This document shows, piece by piece, positions 8,589-17,634 of a stretch of DNA of 42,006 bases. The notes under the pieces are model-generated. The model had not been told where the DNA came from. It ran no database searches and saw nothing but the letters and a program-made list of their open reading frames with translations. The translations under genes were made by a program, and so were the position numbers. Position 1 is the first letter of the stretch. Each line of letters starts with the position of its first letter. Source of the stretch: an uncultured archaeon (GTDB lineage Archaea > Nanobdellota > Nanobdellia > Pacearchaeales > GW2011-AR1); the NCBI GenBank assembly GCA_903831045.1, contig CAIKWG010000038.1, positions 1 through 42,006 on the forward strand, given 5' to 3'.

Positions 8589-8670
8589 GAATAATTAATA
8601 ATAAACTTATTTATAAGAATTTATATTCTAGTCCCATAATAGCTTTAAACTCAATATTACTACATACGTC

Positions 8671-9156
8671 ATGAATCTTCTATCTGGAACTGAAAAAGAA
8701 AGTGCTCTTGAGTTCTTAATTAAAACAGCTGAAGTGGCAAGGAGTTCAACTTGCGATAGAGCGCATTGTGGTTCAACCATCGTAAAGAATAATGAGATAA
8801 TTGGAAGAGGGTTTAATAGTCCTCCAGGAAACGACGAAAATTCTAGAAGATGTTCTTGTGAAAAAACTTCTTATAATCAAAAGATTACAGATAAAACCTG
8901 TTGTGTTCATGCTGAGCAAAGAGCAATAATTGATGCGTTAAAAAATAATTCAGATAAATTAATTGATTCAAGATTATATTTTATACGTCTTGACGAAGAA
9001 GATAATCCTACATATTCTGGTAAACCCTATTGCACTATTTGTAGTAAAATGGCTCTAGATGTAGGAATAAAAGAATTTGTTCTTTTTCATAAAGAGGGAA
9101 TTTGTGTTTATGATACTAAAGAATATAACGATTGGTCTTTTAATTATTCAGAATAG
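8671..9156 (+). CDS. dCMP deaminase-like zinc deaminase
   Basis: RSSTC, GFNSPP, HAEQRAI and PYCTIC motifs. Confidence 0.85.
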   Translation: MNLLSGTEKESALEFLIKTAEVARSSTCDRAHCGSTIVKNNEIIGRGFNSPPGNDENSRRCSCEKTSYNQKITDKTCCVHAEQRAIIDALKNNSDKLIDSRLYFIRLDEEDNPTYSGKPYCTICSKMALDVGIKEFVLFHKEGICVYDTKEYNDWSFNYSE

Positions 9157-9165
9157 AAAAAAAGT

Positions 9166-9717
9166 TTAAACACCCTTCAATAATCTAGCTTCATTCATCT
9201 TACCGAGCTTTTCGTAAATCTTTATCAGAACAGCTTTAACTTCTTCTTTTTCTACTTTATTCAGATCCATTCTTAAAAGTCTTTCGTAGAATAACGCAGC
9301 TTTGCTAGTCTTATTTGTTCTAGCAAGAAAATCTCCTTGCTGTCTGTAAAAAACTCTCAGTTCTGCAAGAACATTTGCTTTTTGTACACTATTTGTATCT
9401 GTAAATGCTCTTCTAATAGCTCTATCAGCATCTTCAAAATGTGCTCCCTTTGCAAGTTCTTTTGCTTCAAGAACAAGATATTCTATTTTTTCTGAAAAAG
9501 TAAAAGAACTAATTGAAATATCGTTGTATGCTTTTGCAGCGTCCTTATACATCTCTTTTCTATCATAGATTTCAGCAAGTTTCAATAATGCAAATTTTTT
9601 CATGTCTGTTGCAGGCATTAGATTTAGAAATCTTTGTAGATGGTCTATTTGAACAAAATCCCCCTTGCCAGCAATTTCATCCTCCAACTCTTTTTTATGC
9701 ATGAACTTTGTTATCAT
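9166..9717 (-). CDS. TPR-like helical repeat protein
   Basis: LAEIY...AAKAY, AALFYERLL, LIKIYEKLGKMNEA repeats. Confidence 0.7.
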   Translation of the reverse strand: MITKFMHKKELEDEIAGKGDFVQIDHLQRFLNLMPATDMKKFALLKLAEIYDRKEMYKDAAKAYNDISISSFTFSEKIEYLVLEAKELAKGAHFEDADRAIRRAFTDTNSVQKANVLAELRVFYRQQGDFLARTNKTSKAALFYERLLRMDLNKVEKEEVKAVLIKIYEKLGKMNEARLLKGV

Positions 9718-9757
9718 TAAAAATAAAATACTCGAGGGTTTTTAAGTATTTGGGAAA

Positions 9758-10198
9758 TTATTTTCTTTTTAGAGTGTCATATAACTTAGCATAATGACTT
9801 CTCCAAAATTCCACATAACTTTCTCCAAGTTTTTTCCCCCTATTAAAATCATGTAAATTTAATGCAAGGAAAATATCTGCCTTAGCATATTCTTGAGGAT
9901 TTCTTTGATAAACTTCTGGATACTTTTCAGGATTATTTTGGATATCTTCAACATACCCTTTTAAAAATTCCCTTAATTCACTTTTTTTATGAATACGTGT
10001 TAATGCTCGCCCTATCCAGTCTTCTTGCAAATATTCTTTTTCAGGGTCACAGCAATAGGCTTCTTGTTCTTGAAAATAGCTTCCACCCGATTCTCGCACT
10101 TTTTCTATTCTCTCAGAAATTTTTCCAAAATATTCTTTTATTTCCTTTTTTATCTGTGCACTAAGATGTGCTGGCCTTGTTCTTTTTTCTAAATCCAT
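9758..10198 (-). CDS. hypothetical protein
   Basis: Start moved to ATG 10198 (MDLEKR), about 22 nt from TTTAAATA. Confidence 0.7.
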   Translation of the reverse strand: MDLEKRTRPAHLSAQIKKEIKEYFGKISERIEKVRESGGSYFQEQEAYCCDPEKEYLQEDWIGRALTRIHKKSELREFLKGYVEDIQNNPEKYPEVYQRNPQEYAKADIFLALNLHDFNRGKKLGESYVEFWRSHYAKLYDTLKRK

Positions 10199-10320
10199 GT
10201 TCAAAAGAATTTTAAGGAATATTTAAAGATTTATCTCTTCGAATAACTACTTCAATGAAGATAACTTCTAAGAAGAGACCATGCACTATTAACTAGTTGG
10301 ATAAGCCACAACATTTTATT

Positions 10321-10652
10321 TTTTTAGAATTTATTTAAATATTTCTTCAAGTTTTACTTGAATTATTTTTTCAATATCTCTTTTCATGAGATTAGCGGGG
10401 AAAGGTAAATCCCCCTGAAGAACTAATCCTTCATTGTAAAGAGCAACATTTCCAGTAATATTCATCCCACCCATTTCAAATTCAAAATTCATTTCTTCGT
10501 TCTTATCATTCCATTCTTTAATTGGGTGAGAAATCATTTGAGCGTAGTCTTTAGTCAGATTTTCTAAAAAATTGTTCATTCTGGTATAAGCTTCATTGAT
10601 TCCACAAGAATATTTATGAACTATTTTCATTTTAGTTTTTAGAATTTATTTA
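10321..10652. repeat. perfect 17-bp direct repeat flanking ORF 10331..10630
   Basis: TTTTTAGAATTTATTTA at 10321-10337 and 10636-10652. Confidence 0.8.
10331..10630 (-). CDS. small alpha/beta protein resembling the 'polyhydroxyalkanoic acid system protein' family
   Basis: H-x5-EA...W...F...ITG-V...L-G-LP-PA...IEK-I...L pattern; family call from recollection. Confidence 0.6.
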   Translation of the reverse strand: MKIVHKYSCGINEAYTRMNNFLENLTKDYAQMISHPIKEWNDKNEEMNFEFEMGGMNITGNVALYNEGLVLQGDLPFPANLMKRDIEKIIQVKLEEIFK

Positions 10653-10684
10653 TCAAAATTATTTTAGAATCTCTAAGAAAAAAT

Positions 10685-11971
10685 TTAAGCCTTTCTCTTT
10701 ACAATTTCAGTACACATACCAGCTGCAACAGTTGCACCGGCATCTCTTACTGCAAATCTACTCATGAAAGGGTTATCTTTTTGAGTTTCTAAACATAAAT
10801 GTCCTTGAGGTCTAATTCTTACTTTTGCTGTATCCCCATTCTTCAGGAAATCAGGGTTATCTTTGATAGATTGACCTGTTCTTGGATCAATTTGAGAAAT
10901 TAATTCTGTGAATTGACATGGAACTTGTGCAGTATGAACGTGGAATACAGGTGTATATCCTTTAGCTAATACAGTTGGATGGTTGATTACAGTGATTGTA
11001 GCAATAAATTCCTCTACAACTGGGATTGGGTTAGATGCTTCACAAATTACATCTCCTCTAGCTAAATCTTTCTTTCCAATTCCTCTAATATTAACACCAA
11101 CATTATCTCCTGCAGGTGCTTCTGGTAATGATTCGTGATGAGCTTCAATAGTCTTAACTTCTCCGTTAACACCTTTACCAGTTCTTCCTGGAAGGATTAT
11201 AACTTTTTGACCAATCTTCATAATTCCTGTTTCAATTTTTCCAACGGGAACTGTTCCAATACCTGTAATTTCATATACATCTTGGATTGGCATTCTCATT
11301 GGTAAATTTGTAGGCGGTTCTGGAGCAGGGAATATATCAAATTGCTCAAGAATTGTAGGTCCAGTATACCAAGGCATCTTAGTAGATTTCTTGTGGATGT
11401 TATCTCCTTGTAAACCTGAACATGGAATAAAAGCAGTTTTATCTGGGTCAATACCAACACCCTTTAATAATTTTCCAACTTCTTCTTTAACTTTTTTATA
11501 GCTTTCTTCTTTATACTCAACTGCATCCATCTTATTAACTGCAATTGCTAGGTTTTTTACACCCATTGTTCTTAATAACCATAAATGTTCTGTTGTCTGA
11601 GGTTGAACTCCAGCAGGAGCAGCAATTACTAAGAAAGCGCAATCTGCCTGTGAAGCACCAGTAATCATATTTTTAACAAAATCTCTGTGTCCCGGAGCAT
11701 CAATAATTGTAATTTGATATTTGTTAGTCATTAATTTTTTATAAGAAAGATCAATTGTAACTCCTCTTTCTCTTTCTTCTTTAATATTATCCATAACATA
11801 AGCGAATTCGAAACCAGCTTTACCGTTTTTAACAGCTTCTTCTCTTAATTTTACCATTTGCTGTTCACTAACTGCTCCACCGTCGAACATCATTCTACCA
11901 ATACAAGTAGACTTACCAGCATCAACGTGTCCTACGAACACAACATTCATGTTTGGTTTTTCTTTTGCCAT
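10685..11971 (-). CDS. tuf: translation elongation factor EF-1 alpha
   Basis: GHVDAGKST, ERERGVTI, DAPGHRDF, NKMD, RFAVRD. Confidence 0.98.
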   Translation of the reverse strand: MAKEKPNMNVVFVGHVDAGKSTCIGRMMFDGGAVSEQQMVKLREEAVKNGKAGFEFAYVMDNIKEERERGVTIDLSYKKLMTNKYQITIIDAPGHRDFVKNMITGASQADCAFLVIAAPAGVQPQTTEHLWLLRTMGVKNLAIAVNKMDAVEYKEESYKKVKEEVGKLLKGVGIDPDKTAFIPCSGLQGDNIHKKSTKMPWYTGPTILEQFDIFPAPEPPTNLPMRMPIQDVYEITGIGTVPVGKIETGIMKIGQKVIILPGRTGKGVNGEVKTIEAHHESLPEAPAGDNVGVNIRGIGKKDLARGDVICEASNPIPVVEEFIATITVINHPTVLAKGYTPVFHVHTAQVPCQFTELISQIDPRTGQSIKDNPDFLKNGDTAKVRIRPQGHLCLETQKDNPFMSRFAVRDAGATVAAGMCTEIVKRKA

Positions 11972-11991
11972 GTTTAATTAATAAAAAACTA

Positions 11992-12010
11992 GGTTTATAA
12001 ATATTTCGGT
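11992..12010 (-). promoter_or_regulatory. BRE-TATA promoter of EF-1a (leaderless)
   Basis: Minus strand ACCGAAATATTTATAAACC; TATA ends 22 nt before ATG. Confidence 0.75.
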
Positions 12011-12016
12011 TAAGAT

Positions 12017-12613
12017 TTATCTTTTTCTTTCAAAAAGGAATAAAATGAAATTTAAAACAAAAAATCCGAGGGTAAATCCTCCAACAACATCACTTAACCA
12101 ATGGGCATTAATGTATATTCTACTAAATCCTATGAATAAAATTAAAAATATATTCGCTGCAATAAACCAATTTTTTCTAATTTTATCTTTTATTTCATCT
12201 TTGTAAAAATAGATTAACAACGAGAATAAAATTATTGCAAATGTTGCATGCCCACTTGGAAAACTATTTTCTAAATCTTGTATTAATTGTGTAGCTGGTC
12301 TCTGTCTTTCAAATAAAAATTTAATGATTTTTTCAATAGTAAACCCACAGGCAAGTGCAATTGCAAATGTCCATGCTTGTTTTTTCTTTTTCATTGAAAT
12401 GAATATACCTAAAAAAAGAAGAGCAATTGCAATCATAATAAAATTAGAATATTGCCCCAAAAACATAAATAATGAATTAAGATAAATGGTATTAATATCA
12501 TTCATACCCTCGCTGATTTTCACATCAATTGTGTGATTACTAAAAATAACTATTGCAAAAATTGCAAGAAAAATAATTAATGAGCTAACAGCGTAAATTA
12601 ACTTTTTATTCAT
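12017..12613 (-). CDS. PAP2-family membrane phosphatase
   Basis: K-x6-RP, FPSGHA, SRIY-x2-AHWLSDV; multiple TM helices. Confidence 0.9.
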   Translation of the reverse strand: MNKKLIYAVSSLIIFLAIFAIVIFSNHTIDVKISEGMNDINTIYLNSLFMFLGQYSNFIMIAIALLFLGIFISMKKKKQAWTFAIALACGFTIEKIIKFLFERQRPATQLIQDLENSFPSGHATFAIILFSLLIYFYKDEIKDKIRKNWFIAANIFLILFIGFSRIYINAHWLSDVVGGFTLGFFVLNFILFLFERKR

Positions 12614-12650
12614 AAATTAGATTAGAATTTTTAATTTATATAATCTTTTG

Positions 12651-13403
12651 TTATTCAATCCTTGGTCTTCCAATTTCTAAATCATCTTCCCTATCATAAA
12701 TTGTTCCAATAATTCCAGCAAACCTTGCCCAGGGATAATAATCATCTAGCATTCTTTCATAATTTTTAGTAATGCTCTGAGCAATCAATCTCATACCAGA
12801 AGATTTCTTATCACGCATCATAGTATCATATCTTTTTCTAGTGCCAAGACGAATTGCTTTATAATTTTCTTCCTCATCCTTAAACAATTTTCTTTCAATG
12901 CTTGTTAATACTAGCTCTGGATCTTCAAGGATGCTCGCTCCAATAAAATTTAATCTAGCAGACTCTTTATCTTGAGTCATCGCTTGATAATTTCCAGATG
13001 CAAGAAATCCTGCAAGCCTATAAATCCAAAAATTACTTTTAATTAATTTATCTGGATTATCAAAAACATTTTTCACAACCCAAAAAGAAAATTCATCGGG
13101 TGCATTTTTAACAATGTTCTCAACATCCTGCTGCCCAATTAGTTTTAACATTCCATCGAGGTTTCCGCAATTCCACTCTTCTTTAATTTCAGGAGGGATG
13201 TTCCCATTCCAAAAGTTCTTATTTCTCTGATAATTTAAATCAGAACTTCCAAGATTGTGGTATTGCCTAACTGCTTCATTGCTAAGAGCAAAGTCTGGAG
13301 TTGGATTTGTTTTAACATCTTTCCATTTTTCAGAATTAATATCTTTGTCAGTTAGAAAATAATCTTTTCCATTAGATTCAATCCAAGAGATGAATTGTCC
13401 CAT
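12651..13403 (-). CDS. hypothetical protein
   Basis: 250 aa; own TATA; weak helical repeats in the C-terminal half. Confidence 0.75.
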   Translation of the reverse strand: MGQFISWIESNGKDYFLTDKDINSEKWKDVKTNPTPDFALSNEAVRQYHNLGSSDLNYQRNKNFWNGNIPPEIKEEWNCGNLDGMLKLIGQQDVENIVKNAPDEFSFWVVKNVFDNPDKLIKSNFWIYRLAGFLASGNYQAMTQDKESARLNFIGASILEDPELVLTSIERKLFKDEEENYKAIRLGTRKRYDTMMRDKKSSGMRLIAQSITKNYERMLDDYYPWARFAGIIGTIYDREDDLEIGRPRIE

Positions 13404-13454
13404 ATCAAAAGAGAAGGTGATGGAATATATAAGGATTATTGATGTTGAAAAGAA

Positions 13455-13844
13455 TTAATGACCTTGATTTTTTCTTTGCATGGCCGCTTTTGTGTGTGCT
13501 AAATTATCCGGCATTCTATGAGCTATAGCTCTAGCTTGATTTCTTTTATGCTGAGAATTCTTTGCAATAATTTTTTGAACTCCATAAAGCTTTCCAAAAA
13601 CTTCCCTATCAACTTCTTCCAACATTTCAGGATTTTTTCCAGGTTTAGAAATATAATATCTCTCAGGAATTTTAATCTGTTCAAGAATGTTATCTGTAAA
13701 AGTAATTCCTCCCTGATTATAGTAAACCCATCTAAGATATTGATTTTTACCTGCATTCAAGAGGTCTCCAACAGTTGAGTCAGAATATTGTCCAAACTTC
13801 ATAGGAGATTTTTCAGTTAATTTTCTTAATAATGGAACATCCAT
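13455..13844 (-). CDS. DUF3820/ExoX-C-terminal-like small protein
   Basis: MKFGQY-x3-TVGDLL-x5-QYLRW resembles the MPFGKY...YLxW motif. Confidence 0.6.
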   Translation of the reverse strand: MDVPLLRKLTEKSPMKFGQYSDSTVGDLLNAGKNQYLRWVYYNQGGITFTDNILEQIKIPERYYISKPGKNPEMLEEVDREVFGKLYGVQKIIAKNSQHKRNQARAIAHRMPDNLAHTKAAMQRKNQGH

Positions 13845-13894
13845 AGTCTATAAAAGAATAAGAAGTTTTTAAATTTTGCTTGAGAAGAATTATT

Positions 13895-14494
13895 TTACTT
13901 CTTCTTTATAATTAATAATTCTGGTATCGCAGCATAAAATGCTAGCAAAAAGGTATCGTAATCAATAACTTCACTTTTTTCAGTGCTTGGGTTTAAAATT
14001 TTGAATCCTTTTTTATTATATCCTTCAATAATTACCTTATGATTCATACCCAAAGAAACTGTATTCCAAATAAAAGCAGGCTTTAGATTAATTATTACAA
14101 ATTTATTTTTATCAATTATTTCTTTCAAGGCCTTAAGAGTTAATTTTTTTATTGTTACTTTTCCTCCAAGCTCTAAAAATTCTAATGTTTTATCTACGCT
14201 AAATTTTCCAAATTCAATGTAAGTTTTTAATTTTTCTTGAAGAGACTCTTTGAGATTTTTCTTACCTATCTTAAAAATTAGGGGGTTATAACCAATATAT
14301 TCTGCTTTGAATCCAAACTTCAAGGCAGTTATGCCAAGGCTAATAATTGGATTAATTATTCCATTGGATGTTTTGTATACTTCATTTTTTTCCCAAATTT
14401 CTTTTTCAGAAAAAGTTTTTCTATGATAATTAAAAATGCTTCTCAAACAAGCCACACCACAAGATTTGTTTGTTTCTTGCTTAAATATTTTCAT
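13895..14494 (-). CDS. papain-like C39 cysteine peptidase family protein
   Basis: QETNKSCGVACL, HKVIIEGY, ILNP. Confidence 0.8.
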   Translation of the reverse strand: MKIFKQETNKSCGVACLRSIFNYHRKTFSEKEIWEKNEVYKTSNGIINPIISLGITALKFGFKAEYIGYNPLIFKIGKKNLKESLQEKLKTYIEFGKFSVDKTLEFLELGGKVTIKKLTLKALKEIIDKNKFVIINLKPAFIWNTVSLGMNHKVIIEGYNKKGFKILNPSTEKSEVIDYDTFLLAFYAAIPELLIIKKK

Positions 14495-14532
14495 GCATTA
14501 CTAAAGAATTCTCTTTATTTAAAAGATGCTAC

Positions 14533-14916
14533 TTACTTTTTTCTTGCAACAGGAAGACCATAAACTATTTCATCTTTAGATTCTTTTCTTCCTTGTGCGT
14601 ATGAAACTGAAAACTCATTATTAGAATAATGACAATTAATTATTGCTTCAATGCCTTTTTCCACCAATTTCTTTTGACGTTGATCCTCTTCCCAGGCATA
14701 CCATCTCTCTGAATGTTGACTAATATAATAAACTCCAATGTCTCTATCTTTTGTATCAATTATTTCAACTTCGTATCCAACCATTGATTCATATTCTGAC
14801 TTAGAACCAGGAAAGAAACGTACTTTATTCATGTGTTCACTAACTTTCATTAATTCTATTTCTTTTCTCACGTTCTCTTCTCCTTTCGTGATTAATTTTC
14901 CAAGTCCTCCTGCCAT
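14533..14916 (-). CDS. hypothetical protein
   Basis: 127 aa; own TATA; ends YGLPVARKK. Confidence 0.7.
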   Translation of the reverse strand: MAGGLGKLITKGEENVRKEIELMKVSEHMNKVRFFPGSKSEYESMVGYEVEIIDTKDRDIGVYYISQHSERWYAWEEDQRQKKLVEKGIEAIINCHYSNNEFSVSYAQGRKESKDEIVYGLPVARKK

Positions 14917-14968
14917 AGTTTTTTTATCTAAATATCGTTTATAAGAATTACTGTTCTGAAGAATACAC

Positions 14969-17164
14969 TTACTGATTCTCTGACAACCCTTTACGTTCTC
15001 TAATCTTTCTAATTACATCCGCTTGTAGAGATTGAGGCATTCTTTCAAATAACTGATCTTTCAATGAACTTGTTCCTCTACCTTCAGTTGCACTTCTCAA
15101 ATCACTAGACCATCCAATCATTTCAGCAACGGGTAATTTAGCTTCAAGTTGAACCATAGCTCCTTCTTGATTCATATTAATCATCTGACCTCTCTTAGTG
15201 CTTACAAGTTTTGTAGCTGCACCCATGAATGATTCTGGAACTTCTATAACATGTATCTGTAATGGTTCTAGGATAGAAGCATTTGCTTCTTTCATAGCTT
15301 CCTTAATTGCATCTCTAACTGCGGGATAAACCTGAGCAGGACCTCTGTGAATTGCATCTTCATGTAACTTAATATCTACAAGAGTAATCTTCATGTTCAT
15401 ACATGGTTCTCTTGATAATGGTCCTTGATCCATAACCATCTCAAATGCATCCATAACCATTTCCATTACTTCTCCAATATGAACTTCTCCTCTTGTTTCA
15501 TCGAATAACATGTTTCCTTTGTAAACTTCCTTAACATTTCTAATTTCATCAGAACCCCAACCAATTCCAGAAAGTGTTTTTGTAACCAAATCGCTTTTTT
15601 TCTTTATTCTTCCTTCAGGCAATTCTCCCTTTTCAATTAATAACCCTAATTGGGCATCCAATGGTTCAACCTTGATGAAAAAACTATTGTGCTTGTTTGG
15701 GCTTCTTCCTTCGCAAGGGGGGGAAGCTTTTCCAACTGTTTCTCTATATACAACAATTGGTGAAGAAGTTTTAATCTCTAAACCTTTTTCTGTTCTGATT
15801 CTATTTTCAATAATTTCTAAATGTAATTCTCCCATTCCTGAGATTAAACTTTCACCAGTTTCTTCGTTAATTGTAACTTTAATTGATGGATCTTCCTTAG
15901 AAACTTTTCTAAGAATTTCAATTAATTTTGGTAAATCTGCAGTCTTTGTTGGTTCAATTGATTTTGTAATAACCGGTTGAAACAGGTGTTTAATTTCTTC
16001 AAATGGAGTTTGTTCAGTAATAGTAATTGTCTCTCCAACATCCACATCAAGTCCACTTACAGCAAGAACATTTCCTGCAGGAACAGTTTCCAGTTGTTCT
16101 GGTTTAATACCATTGTAAACTAGAACCTGTTGAATTCTTGCTTTTTTCTTTGCCATATTACAATAAACTTCCATTCCACTTTTCATTGTTCCAGAATAAA
16201 TTCTTCCAGCAGAAATTTCTTTTCCAGATCTTGGATCAATTACAATTCGAGTAACTACAAATCCCAATTCCCCATTAGGATTACAAGTCAATAAATCTTT
16301 TCCAAAAGCAGAATCCTTATCCCCGTGCCAAATTTTAGGAATTCTATATTTTTGTGCTTCTAACGGATTTGGTAAATGTTTAACTGCCATATCTAGAATA
16401 ACTTCATTTAGGGGAGCATTTTCCCAGACCCATTTGTCTCTTTCTGCAGAGGTCATACTTCCATCATATAATCTATAAATATCCTTAAAACTAACGCCCT
16501 TCTTTTTCATATAGGGAATTGAGAGTGCCCAATTTTCTCGTGCAGATCCAAACGCAACACTTCCGTCGAGAACATTAACTTTCCATGCATCAACAAATTC
16601 TTTTTCAGCAAGTTGTTCAATTAAATGATTAAAATTTTCAATTAATTTCATAAATCTTTCTTGCATTTGTTCGGGAGTTACTTTTAATTCATTGATTAAT
16701 CTGTCAACTTTATTAATGAACAGAACAGGTTTTACTCTTTCTCTAATTGCTTGTCTAAGAACAGTTTCTGTTTGCGGCATAATTCCTTCAACAGCACAGA
16801 TTAATACAAAAGTACCATCGATAGCCCTCATAGCTCTTGTTACATTTCCTCCAAAATCTACATGACCAGGAGTATCAATTAAATTAATTAAATATTCTTC
16901 TCCATTAAAACTATGAACCATAGAGACATTTGCAGCATCTACAGTCATTAGTCTTTCTTGTTCATCTGAATGTTGCCAGGTTTCCATTCCGCCTTCTAAA
17001 TTTCCTGCATTTTTTGCAGCCATCAATCCTGCTGCTGCCAAAAGGTTATCTGTGAATGCAGTTTTACCGTGGTGAATGTGCGCAGATGTTGCAACATTAC
17101 GAATAGTATCTTGTTTAGAAGTCAATCTTTGAATCTTGTGTAAGCTTGTTTCCTTTTCTACCAT
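14969..17164 (-). CDS. fusA: translation elongation factor EF-2
   Basis: INLIDTPGHVDF, NKVD, GMGELHLE, diphthamide loop HEDAIHRGPAQ. Confidence 0.98.
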   Translation of the reverse strand: MVEKETSLHKIQRLTSKQDTIRNVATSAHIHHGKTAFTDNLLAAAGLMAAKNAGNLEGGMETWQHSDEQERLMTVDAANVSMVHSFNGEEYLINLIDTPGHVDFGGNVTRAMRAIDGTFVLICAVEGIMPQTETVLRQAIRERVKPVLFINKVDRLINELKVTPEQMQERFMKLIENFNHLIEQLAEKEFVDAWKVNVLDGSVAFGSARENWALSIPYMKKKGVSFKDIYRLYDGSMTSAERDKWVWENAPLNEVILDMAVKHLPNPLEAQKYRIPKIWHGDKDSAFGKDLLTCNPNGELGFVVTRIVIDPRSGKEISAGRIYSGTMKSGMEVYCNMAKKKARIQQVLVYNGIKPEQLETVPAGNVLAVSGLDVDVGETITITEQTPFEEIKHLFQPVITKSIEPTKTADLPKLIEILRKVSKEDPSIKVTINEETGESLISGMGELHLEIIENRIRTEKGLEIKTSSPIVVYRETVGKASPPCEGRSPNKHNSFFIKVEPLDAQLGLLIEKGELPEGRIKKKSDLVTKTLSGIGWGSDEIRNVKEVYKGNMLFDETRGEVHIGEVMEMVMDAFEMVMDQGPLSREPCMNMKITLVDIKLHEDAIHRGPAQVYPAVRDAIKEAMKEANASILEPLQIHVIEVPESFMGAATKLVSTKRGQMINMNQEGAMVQLEAKLPVAEMIGWSSDLRSATEGRGTSSLKDQLFERMPQSLQADVIRKIRERKGLSENQ

Positions 17165-17239
17165 TTGAAATAAATTCCATTGATAATTATTTACTGAAAA
17201 ATCGGTTTATAAATCTTTTTAGAAAAAGAAAATTGTCAC

Positions 17240-17569
17240 TTAGAATTTAAGGGAAAGAATTAGCTTTTCTTCTCGAGACAACCCATAGCCAGAAACCATG
17301 ACCAATTCACCATTTCTATTTAGGCATATATTTTCTTTACTATTAAACTTGATTGCCTTGGGCAGTTTTATTAACCCTCCTTCAACAACCATATCTTCTA
17401 ATTTCTCTCTTTCATATTTGATTTGAGTATTCAATCCCAAATAAAATTCTGAGAACAATTCTCCAATGCAAGTATAATATTGTAATGCTTTGAACCCTTT
17501 TTTTGGTGCAGCCTCAGATACAACATAATGGATAAAGAACTCTTTTTCTCCTAAATTATTCGCCTCCAT
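17240..17569 (-). CDS. hypothetical protein inserted between S7 and EF-2
   Basis: Start moved to ATG 17569 (MEANN) to avoid overlap with S7; TATA-like TTTTTAAA about 21 nt upstream. Confidence 0.65.
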   Translation of the reverse strand: MEANNLGEKEFFIHYVVSEAAPKKGFKALQYYTCIGELFSEFYLGLNTQIKYEREKLEDMVVEGGLIKLPKAIKFNSKENICLNRNGELVMVSGYGLSREEKLILSLKF

Positions 17570-17634
17570 AATTAGTCTAGGAAATTTTTGTTTAAAAATA
17601 AATCTGTTGTTAAGAGTATATTTGAAAATTAAAT

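Noticed and set aside
10331-10630. Evidence for PHA storage metabolism
   Set aside because: The family name alone does not imply the pathway, and no phaC/phaE is present in the window.
13895-14494. Bacteriocin system pairing the C39 peptidase with the ABC exporter
   Set aside because: The genes are about 26 kb apart and no double-glycine precursor was seen nearby.
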